A stretch of 64,000 nt of DNA from Lachnospiraceae bacterium (lineage in GTDB: Bacteria; Bacillota; Clostridia; Lachnospirales; Lachnospiraceae): contig JAFYAS010000046.1 in the NCBI GenBank assembly GCA_017540605.1, forward strand, positions 38,330 through 102,329, given 5' to 3'. Each line of letters begins with the position of its first letter. Positions within the stretch are counted from its first letter, which is position 1. Below are positions 54,385-63,677 of the stretch, piece by piece. The translations under genes and the position numbers were made by a program. Below the pieces are notes generated by a model, which saw only the letters and a list, made by a program, of their open reading frames with translations, ran no database searches and was not told the origin of the DNA.

Positions 54385-55113
54385 TTATGCTTCCTCTTCC
54401 TCAGAGTCCTCATCTGCTGCGCCTGCATCCACACCCTGGTTTGCCTCGATAACAGCATCTGCCATCTTTGATACGATAAGCTTTACTGCACGGATAGCAT
54501 CATCATTACCGGGAATGATGTAATCAAGCTGATCGGGATCACAGTTTGTATCTGCGATACCTACAAGAGGAATACCGAGTGAATGTGCCTCAGCTATACA
54601 GATCTTCTCCTTGCGAGGATCTATAACGAAGATCATATCAGGTGCTCCACCCATCTCCTTGACACCGCCAAGGTTCTTGGTAAGCTTCTCCATCTCCTTC
54701 TTGATCTTTACTACTTCCTTCTTGGGAAGAACATCAAAGGTTCCATCCTCTTCCATCTGCTCATACTTCTTAAGAGTTGCGATTCTCTTCTCGATGGTTA
54801 CCCAGTTGGTAAGCATACCACCAAGCCATCTCTCGTTTACATAGAACATACCGCAACGCTCTGCCTCAGTCTTGATCGCATCCTGAGCCTGCTTCTTTGT
54901 TCCTACGAAAAGGATCTTGCCACCCTCTGCTACGCAATTCTTGATTGCTGCGTATGCATCATCTACCATACCTACTGACTTCTGAAGATCAATGATATGA
55001 ATACCATTTCTCTCGGTGTAGATGTAAGGAGCGATCTTGGGGTTCCATCTTCTTGTCTGATGTCCGAAATGAACACCTGCTTCCAAAAGCTGCTTCATTG
55101 AAATAACGCTCAT
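54385..55113 (-). CDS. rpsB: 30S ribosomal protein S2
   Basis: [32 protein letters not shown] is the canonical S2 N-terminus. Confidence 0.95.
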   Translation of the reverse strand: MSVISMKQLLEAGVHFGHQTRRWNPKIAPYIYTERNGIHIIDLQKSVGMVDDAYAAIKNCVAEGGKILFVGTKKQAQDAIKTEAERCGMFYVNERWLGGMLTNWVTIEKRIATLKKYEQMEEDGTFDVLPKKEVVKIKKEMEKLTKNLGGVKEMGGAPDMIFVIDPRKEKICIAEAHSLGIPLVGIADTNCDPDQLDYIIPGNDDAIRAVKLIVSKMADAVIEANQGVDAGAADEDSEEEEA

Positions 55114-55271
55114 AATTATACCTCCGGTTTTTCTTCCGCAGACTTTTTTACGGCTAAACCCATATATCCGGGCACCGAAACCGTGGTGTCTGCGTGAATT
55201 ATATTTACGTGTCGCGTTTTCGCACGCCCGAATATTTTAACACAAAAAAAAAGGACTGTAAAGCCCTTTTT

Positions 55272-56024
55272 TTACTTTGTTATAAGAGTAGCTATCTCCT
55301 TGTAGCTCATCCCCTTCTTTATCGTGAATTCACCCACATTGAGCTTTGTGGAATAGCCATTCTTGTTGAGATAATCGTTAAATGCTTTGGCGTCATCTAC
55401 CACACCACCATTTGCTAATAGCTTTGAAACCGACTCTGATATCATTCCCTTCTTTATGGTAAGCTTCATCACAGTCTCAGATGCCGCAGCTTGCGTTGTC
55501 GCCTCCGGAGCCTTGGGTTTTTTGGGCTTTTTTGCAGCTGTTGTTGTCTCAGTAGTAGCAGCTGCGGTTGCCTCAGTGGTAATAGCGGCTGTGGTGGCTT
55601 CCGTTGTGGTCTCAGTTGTGGCTTCTGTGGTCGTAGCCGCTGTTGTGGCCTCAGTGGTTGTGACCGTCGCCTCCTCGGTTGTTGTAGCTGTTGTGGCTTC
55701 TGTCGTTGTGGCTGTTGTTACTTCAGTGGTTGTAGCTGTAGTGGCTTCAGTTGTAGTGGCCGTTGTGGCCTCGGTTGTTGTAGCCGTTGTCGGCTCCTCG
55801 GTTGTTGTAGCTGTCGTCGCCTCAGTGGTGGTCTCTTCTTCTGTCTTTTCTATAAGCTTTTCCAGATCACCCTTGGCCTCGATCATACCGAGCTCCTTGG
55901 CTCTGGCGATGATCTCTTCATCTGTTTTCAATTTATTGGGACTGGTGATATATGCTACCAAAAATATCAAGGTCGCAAATATCATTCCAACACCCAAGCC
56001 TCTGATAAAATATTTAAACTTCAT
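55272..56024 (-). CDS. Membrane-anchored protein with Thr/Ala/Glu-rich repeat linker and small C-terminal globular domain (possibly MltG/YceG N-terminal-like)
   Basis: The order is an N-terminal TM (GVGMIFATLIFLVAYI), ~100 aa of TEATTATT repeats, a KKPKKPK segment and a 65-aa C-terminal domain. The domain assignment is tentative. Confidence 0.7.
   Translation of the reverse strand: MKFKYFIRGLGVGMIFATLIFLVAYITSPNKLKTDEEIIARAKELGMIEAKGDLEKLIEKTEEETTTEATTATTTEEPTTATTTEATTATTTEATTATTTEVTTATTTEATTATTTEEATVTTTEATTAATTTEATTETTTEATTAAITTEATAAATTETTTAAKKPKKPKAPEATTQAAASETVMKLTIKKGMISESVSKLLANGGVVDDAKAFNDYLNKNGYSTKLNVGEFTIKKGMSYKEIATLITK
55539..55844 (-). repeat. In-frame 24-nt tandem repeats encoding (T-E-A-T-T-A-T-T)n
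   Basis: About 12 imperfect octapeptide units can be read from the translation. Long spurious ORFs on the opposite strand (55387-56457, 55491-56384) arise from the same low complexity. Confidence 0.88.
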
Positions 56025-56039
56025 GTCTTACTCCGGGTA

Positions 56040-56774
56040 TCACTTAAACAATTCAAGGACAAGCTTTACCTCGCCAACTCCCATACCAAGCTGCTTTGCG
56101 ATCTCTACCTCGCTCATACCGCTCTTTTTCATCTCGATGATCAGATCATTGGCATTGTCCCCACTCAGATCAGCAGGCTCCTCCACAAGCTCGTCAAGGT
56201 TCATATCAAGATCCTCCAGCTCTTTAAGGGCGCTCTCGGTAAGATCCTCTTCAGGATTCTCTGTAGCTTTAACCTTTGGAGGTGCCTCTTTTTTCGTTCC
56301 CTGCCCCTTTTCCTCTTCCTTCGCCCTCTTTTCGGCTGCGGCATACTCTATGGTTGCCTTTGCTATAGCCCGTTCCTCAGATAACTCTTCCTTCAAGGTC
56401 TCTATCTGCTCAACCAGTGTCTTTAGCTCCTTCTCCTTTTCACCTAACATGCTGTAAAGGAACATCTCTTCCTTGTGATTCTTCTCGATCTCTTCACATA
56501 CCGAAACAGCATAGTCTCCAAGAGCCATGGTCTTTTCGTTGGACATGGTGGAAAGCGTATTGTTGGTCTCTGTAATGATCATATTGCAATAATCCGCTAT
56601 CTCGTTCTCTACCTGCTCGTGTACTATCTTTTTCTGTTCCTCAGAAAGAGTAAGATTAACCTCAGACACAGAAACAGGCTCGGTAACTGAATCTCCCATA
56701 GCCTCTGAGATAAAGTAGCTGGCGAAGATAAATACCAAGCCTATGATGATTAATATAATTATCGGTGCTGTCAT
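56040..56774 (-). CDS. Membrane-anchored coiled-coil protein with C-terminal HTH-like segment (flagellar-locus associated, unknown function)
   Basis: An N-terminal TM (APIIILIIIGLVFIFASYFI) is followed by an acidic coiled coil. The C-terminus MSEVEIAKQLGMGVGEVKLVLELFK resembles an HTH. Confidence 0.7.
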   Translation of the reverse strand: MTAPIIILIIIGLVFIFASYFISEAMGDSVTEPVSVSEVNLTLSEEQKKIVHEQVENEIADYCNMIITETNNTLSTMSNEKTMALGDYAVSVCEEIEKNHKEEMFLYSMLGEKEKELKTLVEQIETLKEELSEERAIAKATIEYAAAEKRAKEEEKGQGTKKEAPPKVKATENPEEDLTESALKELEDLDMNLDELVEEPADLSGDNANDLIIEMKKSGMSEVEIAKQLGMGVGEVKLVLELFK

Positions 56775-56803
56775 AATAAAAATCCTTTTGCCACAGACAA
56801 AAT

Positions 56804-57118
56804 CTATAGCTTTATATCAAAATTTACTCTGGGCTGAAGAGGCTCGTCCTGTTGATCCTCGTCCTCTTCACCCTTTTTGCCTTTCTTTCGACGATCATAA
56901 TATTTGTTGTTGCCCTCTTCCTTGGCATCATAATTGTAATCGTGAAGCTCAAGAGTATCCTTGGGTATAACAGTCTCCCTAGCCCGTTGCTCCGTTTTTT
57001 GAACAGCAGCCTGAGCATTGCCGCTTGCAAGAGCCGAAGCCTGATTCGCATGCTGTTGAACATGCGCAACGGAATCAGTATGATTAATAGCCATCTGAAG
57101 CTGAACCTGACCTATCAT
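56804..57118 (-). CDS. Small hydrophilic protein of unknown function (flagellar-locus associated)
   Basis: 104-aa ORF 14 nt downstream of the fapA-like gene. It has charged low-complexity C-terminal half, and no family was recognised. Confidence 0.55.
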   Translation of the reverse strand: MIGQVQLQMAINHTDSVAHVQQHANQASALASGNAQAAVQKTEQRARETVIPKDTLELHDYNYDAKEEGNNKYYDRRKKGKKGEEDEDQQDEPLQPRVNFDIKL

Positions 57119-57132
57119 ATATCATCACTCCT

Positions 57133-58734
57133 TTAATACCCGACACTGATCACTTCTCCACCCTCCACCTTAAACTTGGCACGGTAGAGCTCCTTGTTAA
57201 TAAACCTCGAATATTTGTTGATAGCCACAGTTGTTCCCACATGTACCTTGGTAGCAACCTTGATATTGGCATTCACACTTTCTTCTATATCCCTATTGAT
57301 ACCGTCTATCTCTAAAGCCTTCTCTGAGATCTGATTTGAAAACTGTTTAAGGAGAGGAGCTATGGTCTGAATCTTTTTGACCTCCTCGGGAGTAAACTTC
57401 TTGCCCTTCTTCATCTGCTCCTGAAATACAGCAAAAACCTTCCTATACTTCTCGCTTTGCTCCACTAAATCAGCCTTCTCTTTTTTCAGTTCTTCAAGTC
57501 TGTCATAAAGCTCTGAGGGCACACCTACCCTGATGGATGTAGGAACCTCTACATCATTACTTACCGACTCTGCCGAGATACAATTCTTCGCTTCGGTCTT
57601 TCCACCTATGATAAAGCCCTTTCTGCCGCTTACGATGATCTCATTGCCCGCTCTGCATTCGGAATGCAGTAAATATCCGGCACTTATATTGTTGCCGGCA
57701 ACAACTATCCCGCTTTCCACAAAGTTTGCAACCACATCAGTTCCTGCTTCAAGGTAGCCTTTGCTTTTTCCCTGAAGTCCTCTTTTCAAAATGATACTTC
57801 CACCTGCAATGATAGTGGCGCCTTCCACCACTCCGTCAACCTCGACAGAGCCCTTGGCCTTTATCTTAAATCCGGTTCTTACATTGCCTGTGACTATCAC
57901 ATTGCCGTTGTAATCTATATCTCCCGTGGAAGCATCAACATCAGCTGCCACCCTATAAGTATCCGATACAAATACGGTATCTCCTTCAAGCTTCACATCA
58001 CCGTCAACCTCTGAATATATCTTCAGCTTGTCCTCCGAAAGAGTGATATTTCTTCCGAACTTTAGCATACGATTTTTGACCTTGGGAGGAAGAACCTTAT
58101 TGCCCGATACATCCACACCGCTTTCACCGGGATCCACAGGTGTAAGTGTGGCCAAAAGAGCACCCTTCTCCACTCTGGTAAAAATATTCAATTCATGAAA
58201 ATCAACGGAGCCATCTTCTAAAAGCTTTGGCTTGTTTGTATTGGCTACATTGAAATGGTATGTGACCTTGGCATCCATTCCAACCCTTACAGGCTTTCCT
58301 CTGGCCACTATAAAATCCGTGCAATATATTCTTTTTTCAAGAAATGAACGGATATTGTTCTCTATAAGTCCGTATACGACTCTGTTCACCTTAAGATCAG
58401 AAACAAAGTCATCATAAGTAAGCTGCTTACCCTTGACAGAGGGAGCATATACTCTGACTATCGCAGTCATTCTATCCCTTGAAAGAACAACTTTTAACTT
58501 CTCGGAGCACTCAAATGCCCGAGCGTCGGAAAGCTTAAATCTACCCTTTTCAGCTGTGACACCATTCACGAATTTTGCCAGATCCGCAAGATCAAATCCC
58601 GATATCTTGTTCTTATCAAGATAGTTCACAATCTCCATAGTGTCTATGGCATTACCTCCATCCTCGGGGGGATAAACTATGAGATAGGTGCCATCATCCG
58701 CTACATCCACTTGAAAATATCCATTTTTTGCCAT
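57133..58734 (-). CDS. FapA (DUF342) family flagellar assembly protein
   Basis: About 533 aa with beta-helix-like repeats (GNVIVTGNVRTGFKIKAKGSVEVDGVVEGATIIAGGSIIL) and a C-terminal coiled coil. It lies immediately downstream of fliA. An ATG at 58734 follows AGGGGTG, and the track start at 58755 is TTG. Confidence 0.8.
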   Translation of the reverse strand: MAKNGYFQVDVADDGTYLIVYPPEDGGNAIDTMEIVNYLDKNKISGFDLADLAKFVNGVTAEKGRFKLSDARAFECSEKLKVVLSRDRMTAIVRVYAPSVKGKQLTYDDFVSDLKVNRVVYGLIENNIRSFLEKRIYCTDFIVARGKPVRVGMDAKVTYHFNVANTNKPKLLEDGSVDFHELNIFTRVEKGALLATLTPVDPGESGVDVSGNKVLPPKVKNRMLKFGRNITLSEDKLKIYSEVDGDVKLEGDTVFVSDTYRVAADVDASTGDIDYNGNVIVTGNVRTGFKIKAKGSVEVDGVVEGATIIAGGSIILKRGLQGKSKGYLEAGTDVVANFVESGIVVAGNNISAGYLLHSECRAGNEIIVSGRKGFIIGGKTEAKNCISAESVSNDVEVPTSIRVGVPSELYDRLEELKKEKADLVEQSEKYRKVFAVFQEQMKKGKKFTPEEVKKIQTIAPLLKQFSNQISEKALEIDGINRDIEESVNANIKVATKVHVGTTVAINKYSRFINKELYRAKFKVEGGEVISVGY

Positions 58735-58761
58735 ATATAACACCCCTAAAAGCAAGTAATT

Positions 58762-59523
58762 CTATACTTCCAGCATGATCCTTATATCATCACCAAGATA
58801 CTGCTTCATCCTTGACAAAGCCTTCGTATGTATCTGTGATATACGAGACTCGGAAAGCTCAAGCACATGACTTATCTCCTTGATGGTCATATCCTCATAA
58901 TAATATAATGAAATGACCTTCTGCTCATTGTCCTTCAAAGCCTCAAAAGCCTTGGAAAGCTTTTCCTTTAACTCCTGTCTCTCAAATTCCGCCTCAGGCT
59001 CTGACGAAGTTCCGTTCTTTACATCAAGGCTCCTATAATCATTCCCCATCTCCAGATATTCATCAAGAGAGGAAAGGCTGGTAATCTGTCCCTGCCAATT
59101 GTAATACTCATCAATATCTATACCAAGTTCCGAAGCAACAAGATCATCCGTAGCCTGCTTTCCCATAGTGGTCTCTATCTTTGAGATGGCGGAATCGATC
59201 TGCTTTTGCTTCTGTCTCACCGAACGGGGTATCCAATCCATCTTTCTGATCTGATCAAGGATCGCCCCCCTTATACGAAGACTTGCATAGGTCTCGAACT
59301 TGTTGCCCTTTAAGAGATTGAACTTATCTATGGCATCTATAAGGCCAAAAATACCATAGCTTACGAGATCCTCGTATTCAACGGCATAACCGAGATACAT
59401 ATTAAGTCTTCCGGCCACAACCTTTACAAGGGGAATATACTCAACTATCAACTTTTCACGAATTGCCGGATCCTGTTTTTTCTCGTAGGCATCCCAAAGC
59501 GCGTTTCTTTCTTCTTCCTTCAT
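58762..59523 (-). CDS. fliA: Flagellar sigma factor (sigma-28, FliA/SigD)
   Basis: Sigma-70 regions 2-4 are present (LVSYGIFGLIDAIDKF, IPRSVRQK, EISHVLELSESRISQIHTKAL). The position after cheD matches the B. subtilis fla/che operon. An ATG at 59523 is preferred over the GTG at 59532. Confidence 0.9.
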   Translation of the reverse strand: MKEEERNALWDAYEKKQDPAIREKLIVEYIPLVKVVAGRLNMYLGYAVEYEDLVSYGIFGLIDAIDKFNLLKGNKFETYASLRIRGAILDQIRKMDWIPRSVRQKQKQIDSAISKIETTMGKQATDDLVASELGIDIDEYYNWQGQITSLSSLDEYLEMGNDYRSLDVKNGTSSEPEAEFERQELKEKLSKAFEALKDNEQKVISLYYYEDMTIKEISHVLELSESRISQIHTKALSRMKQYLGDDIRIMLEV

Positions 59524-59545
59524 CCCAGGCACCCCAAAATACTAT

Positions 59546-59848
59546 TTACAATAGTCCGAATTGATCTGCCGGACTCTCCCCGGCTTCCTCTTCACCTTCA
59601 CCCTCGGAATCAAGCTCACTAACCTCCAATTCCTTTGCAAGCTGAGCCTTGTCAGGCATGGCAAGAGCTTTTTTGATGACCCAGACCACTATACCGCCTA
59701 TGATATAGAATATGATCATGATCACCAATAGATCTATAAGTAGCTTTGTAAGCCCCACCTTGTTCACTACATCACAGATCAAAATGATAAGGCCGGACAC
59801 GAGCATGATAAATGCTCTTAAATACTTTAGCCTCTCCTCTATAGTCAT
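59546..59848 (-). CDS. Small two-TM membrane protein with acidic tail (unknown function)
   Basis: 100 aa, with two hydrophobic helices and a C-terminal EVSELDSEGEGEEEAGE tail. It is wedged between cheD and fliA. Confidence 0.65.
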   Translation of the reverse strand: MTIEERLKYLRAFIMLVSGLIILICDVVNKVGLTKLLIDLLVIMIIFYIIGGIVVWVIKKALAMPDKAQLAKELEVSELDSEGEGEEEAGESPADQFGLL

Positions 59849-59851
59849 CTG

Positions 59852-60337
59852 CTATATCACCTTGGGCGGCTTGCCCGCTGCAGTGATCTTCATACTCGCA
59901 TCTGACGGATCAAAAAGCACAGTCCGTCCAAAATTGAGACCAACATCCTTTGCCATAACAGGAATACCAAACTTTTTAAGCTGGGTCAAAACCATCTCCA
60001 CATTCTGTTCACCCACATTGGTGGCATTGTTGTTGGTGGTAAATTCGAACATCTTAGCTCCGCCGGCTATCTTTGCTCTTAAGCCGCGGCCGCTGCAGCC
60101 TTTCTTTTTCAATTCTTCAAGCAATAGAGGAATACCCGTATCTGCAAATTTGGCCTTATTGGAATTGGCTCTGATCCTGGTGCTGTCAGGAAGCATAACA
60201 TGTATAAGTCCACATGTTTTTGTCATCTGATCATATATCACTACACCAACACAGGAGCCAAGGCCGATAGTGGTCACCATATCAGGTGACTTGCAGATAG
60301 CATAATCCGCTATGCCTACCTTTATCGTATCGCCCAT
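59852..60337 (-). CDS. cheD: Chemoreceptor glutamine deamidase CheD
   Basis: 161 aa. GLGSCVGVVIYD contains the catalytic Cys motif of CheD. Confidence 0.9.
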   Translation of the reverse strand: MGDTIKVGIADYAICKSPDMVTTIGLGSCVGVVIYDQMTKTCGLIHVMLPDSTRIRANSNKAKFADTGIPLLLEELKKKGCSGRGLRAKIAGGAKMFEFTTNNNATNVGEQNVEMVLTQLKKFGIPVMAKDVGLNFGRTVLFDPSDASMKITAAGKPPKVI

Positions 60338-60380
60338 AAACTACCTCATTTCTCCACAAAAGGAAAAGACAATCTATATG

Positions 60381-60998
60381 CTATCCTTCGGGGAAAAATA
60401 CAGCGCACATCTTTTCATAGGAATCAAATTCCGAAACCATCAGTAAAAATCCGTTAATATCATATTCTTCATCATCAAAGCTCGACTCCACCAAAAAGGC
60501 TTTATCACCTGTCTGTCCGAATTGGATAACAGGAACTGACAGAATAGCACCCGCCATATCTATACAGATCTGAGGCGGTGTAAGTCTAAGCTTTAATCCG
60601 GTGAAAGATTCAAGTGCAGCAAGATATGAACCGCCGATGATATTGCCGGTCTCCTTGACTGCAGACTGCTGCATATCGGAATATCCCTCTATCTGCTCGT
60701 GAGTCTGCATCATCATGTTCACCAGGTTGTCTGCCTGATCCTTCTTCATAATAAAAAGAAGCATACCATCCGCATCGCCCTCAAATACACTGAGTACAGA
60801 CACAGCCAGCTCATCTTCTCCACCCAAAAGGCGCAAGACCTCGTCAAACTCTAACGCAAGCACCTTTGTAAAATCTACAGTGAGCTTCGAATGGAACATG
60901 AAGGACATGGCCGTTGTGGCGCTTCCTATTCCGATATTTCCGATCTCTTTTAATATATCCTTCTGGACATCATTAAAGTCACCCTTATCAAGTCCCAT
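60381..60998 (-). CDS. cheC: CheY-P phosphatase CheC
   Basis: The duplicated motif D/S-x3-E-x2-N-x22-P is present (LKEIGNIGIGSATTAMS and VKETGNIIGGSYLAAL). Confidence 0.88.
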   Translation of the reverse strand: MGLDKGDFNDVQKDILKEIGNIGIGSATTAMSFMFHSKLTVDFTKVLALEFDEVLRLLGGEDELAVSVLSVFEGDADGMLLFIMKKDQADNLVNMMMQTHEQIEGYSDMQQSAVKETGNIIGGSYLAALESFTGLKLRLTPPQICIDMAGAILSVPVIQFGQTGDKAFLVESSFDDEEYDINGFLLMVSEFDSYEKMCAVFFPEG

Positions 60999-61041
60999 AA
61001 AACCCTCACCCCTTCCTAAATGCTCTTATGGTAAATCCACC

Positions 61042-61068
61042 ACAAGCGGGAAGATCGTTCCCGCTTGT
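61042..61068 (-). other. Perfect 11-bp stem-loop inside the che operon (cheW-cheC spacer)
   Basis: ACAAGCGGGAA-GATCG-TTCCCGCTTGT. No T-tract follows on the transcribed strand. Confidence 0.6.
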
Positions 61069-61082
61069 AATAGAAAACAATA

Positions 61083-61541
61083 TTAGTCGTTGTCAATATC
61101 ATTTAAAAGACTTTGTATATTTAACAATGATATAAGTGAATCCGTCACCTTGCCCACACCGATAAGAGAGCTCTGATCCTCCTTGCCCGCATCAAATGAT
61201 GTCTTCTCCACATCATTCTCTGAAAGGGTTACAACCTCTCTGACCTCATCAACTACTATACCGAGCTTCGCATTGGCCTCTGTCTTTATAATGATGATCC
61301 TTGTGGCATTGGTCTCCTCAGTATCGCAAAGTCCGAACTTAAGTCTTAAGCTCATCACAGGGATGATCTCACCACGAAGATTTATCACTCCCTTAAAGTA
61401 ATGCTGAGTCTTCGGAACTCTGGTAGGCTTTTGCATACGCACGATATTGTCTACATAGCTGATGTCGATACCGTACTGCTCACCATCCAATTTAACTACT
61501 ATATACTGCTTTGTATCTAAAATTACGTTGTTCTCATCCAT
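61083..61541 (-). CDS. cheW: Chemotaxis coupling protein CheW
   Basis: 152 aa. QYIVVKLDGEQYGIDISYV...GVINLRGEIIPV is the typical CheW fold signature. Confidence 0.92.
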   Translation of the reverse strand: MDENNVILDTKQYIVVKLDGEQYGIDISYVDNIVRMQKPTRVPKTQHYFKGVINLRGEIIPVMSLRLKFGLCDTEETNATRIIIIKTEANAKLGIVVDEVREVVTLSENDVEKTSFDAGKEDQSSLIGVGKVTDSLISLLNIQSLLNDIDND

Positions 61542-61555
61542 AGCTTAGCACCCCC

Positions 61556-63676
61556 TTAGACCAGTGTGTTGGAATCAATGATCAACGCAACCTCGCCATC
61601 GCCGAGGATGGTCGCACCACTGATCATCTTAGGTATATTAATGTACTTGCCCAAAGGCTTGATAACTATCTCCTGCTGGCCTATAAGGTTGTCTATCACA
61701 AGACCTGCCTGCTTGTCACCCTTCTTTACGATAACAACTACAAGGTTCTCAGGCTCTTCTTCCTTCGGCTCTGAATCAAGTATCTCATCAAGACGGATGA
61801 GAGGGATGACCATATCACGAAGATTGATAACCTCATTGGACTGAACATACTTGATGTCTGTCACAGGTACATCCTCAACAGTCACAATAGAGTTAAGAGG
61901 TATAGCATACTTCTCATCTCTGATCTCAACCATAAGCGCCTGTATGATAGCAAGTGTAAGAGGAAGTCTTACGATAAATGTAGTTCCCTCTCCAAGCTTA
62001 CTCTGAACCTCAACATCACCGCCGAGAGATTCGATCTTATTCTTTACTACGTCAAGACCAACTCCTCTACCGGAAACATCGGATATCTTCTCTGCGGTAG
62101 AGAATGCGGGTCTGAACAGAAGGTCGACAGCCTCCTTGTCAGACATGAACTCTGCCTGCTCCTCAGTAATGTGACCCTTCGCTACAGCTGAAGCTTTTAC
62201 CTTCTCAACATCAATTCCGGCACCGTCATCGCTTACCTCTATTGTAACATTGTTGCCATCCTGATATGCATCAAGTCTAATGGTTCCCATCTGGGGCTTG
62301 CCCTTCTGGATACGCTCAAGTGTAGACTCAAGACCGTGATCAGCTGCATTCCTCAACATATGCATCAAAGGATCACCGATCTCGTCGATGACTGTACGGT
62401 CAAGCTCTGTCTCCTCACCTGACATGATAAGCTCCATCTCTTTTCCGAGCTTCTTTGAAAGGTCTCTGATCATACGAGGGAAACGATTTACAACACTCTC
62501 GATAGGCACCATTCGAACCTTCATAACTGACTCATGAATATTGGTAGTGATCCTCTCAAGATATTCTATCTGCTCGTTGAAGCCCTGCTGCTTCTCAACA
62601 GTGGCACTTGCGGAAACAAGTCCGTTCTTTGCCGTGATAAGCTCTGATACCTGATTCATCAGGTCATCAAGCTTCTCTATATCTACTCTGACTGAACGAT
62701 TGACAACAGCCTTCTTCTCAGTCTTCTTCTCGGTCTTCTTGGCACCACCTGCGCCCTGACTTGCAGGCTGAGCCTTGCCGCCATCGCTCTTTGTACCTTC
62801 ATCCTTTGAAGCTTCTTCCTTACTTTCATCAACTGTAGATACTGCAGTTGAAAGGTCTATCTCCTCCTCGAAGCTGTCTTCGATCTCGGAAACATCCATT
62901 ACTATCTTATGAATATCAGCCTGTGACTTCTCGGTAATGATAAACAGGCTGAAATCAAATTCGAATTTCTCATCCTCTATATCCTGAACAGAGGGCTCGG
63001 ATTTAATGATCTCACCTACAGCCTCAAGTCCCTTGAATACAAGAAATGCTCTGGCAGCCTTAAGGATACAGGTCTGTTGAATATATACAGTTACACCGAA
63101 CACATGCTTACCTGCTGCCTGTGCTTCCTTGATAGCATTCTTCTCATGGTCGGCAAGAGGAAGCTTTTTAAATTTCTTCTTCTCATCATCAGGAGACGAA
63201 GCTGCTTCGGCAGCGGCCTTCGGAGCCTCCGGCTGAGCTATAACGACCACATCGCCTTCATCATCCTCATCCGGAATATCCGGCGCATTGATACCTCCGT
63301 TTAGACATGCATTGAGTAATGCGATGATCTCTTCATTGTCCTCAGAGCCCTCATCTGCATTCTCCTGAATATTGCCCACATAGCTCTCAATAGCATCAAT
63401 ACTCTTGAAAACCACATCTACCAGATCCGGAGTAACCGACATAGTTTTATTGCGGATCTCAGAGAAAACATTCTCAAGGTCATGGGTCAGCTTCTGCATG
63501 CGCTTAAAGCCCATGGTACCGGCCATACCCTTTAATGAGTGAGCCGCACGAAAGATCTCGTTTATCGTATCTTCGTTCTCAGGCTCGGCCTCAAGTATCA
63601 GCACCTGGTCGTTCAGTGTCTGCAAGTGTTCCTTGCTCTCATCGATAAAAATCTCGAGATATTGGCTTAAATCCAT
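61556..63676 (-). CDS. cheA: Chemotaxis histidine kinase CheA
   Basis: The Hpt motif is FRAAHSLKGMAGTMG. HATPase N/G boxes (NAADHG, DDGAGID, GRGVGLD) and a C-terminal CheW-like domain are present. An ATG at 63676 gives MDLSQYLEIF. The track extension overlaps cheB. Confidence 0.93.
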   Translation of the reverse strand: MDLSQYLEIFIDESKEHLQTLNDQVLILEAEPENEDTINEIFRAAHSLKGMAGTMGFKRMQKLTHDLENVFSEIRNKTMSVTPDLVDVVFKSIDAIESYVGNIQENADEGSEDNEEIIALLNACLNGGINAPDIPDEDDEGDVVVIAQPEAPKAAAEAASSPDDEKKKFKKLPLADHEKNAIKEAQAAGKHVFGVTVYIQQTCILKAARAFLVFKGLEAVGEIIKSEPSVQDIEDEKFEFDFSLFIITEKSQADIHKIVMDVSEIEDSFEEEIDLSTAVSTVDESKEEASKDEGTKSDGGKAQPASQGAGGAKKTEKKTEKKAVVNRSVRVDIEKLDDLMNQVSELITAKNGLVSASATVEKQQGFNEQIEYLERITTNIHESVMKVRMVPIESVVNRFPRMIRDLSKKLGKEMELIMSGEETELDRTVIDEIGDPLMHMLRNAADHGLESTLERIQKGKPQMGTIRLDAYQDGNNVTIEVSDDGAGIDVEKVKASAVAKGHITEEQAEFMSDKEAVDLLFRPAFSTAEKISDVSGRGVGLDVVKNKIESLGGDVEVQSKLGEGTTFIVRLPLTLAIIQALMVEIRDEKYAIPLNSIVTVEDVPVTDIKYVQSNEVINLRDMVIPLIRLDEILDSEPKEEEPENLVVVIVKKGDKQAGLVIDNLIGQQEIVIKPLGKYINIPKMISGATILGDGEVALIIDSNTLV

Positions 63677-63677
63677 C

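Noticed and set aside
55387-56457. Long plus-strand ORFs of 356 aa (55387-56457) and 297 aa (55491-56384)
   Set aside because: They lie antisense to two well-supported minus-strand genes. Their translations are low-complexity (poly V/A/S or C/S/G/R) and are generated by the 24-nt Thr-codon repeats. They have no RBS and no recognisable domain.
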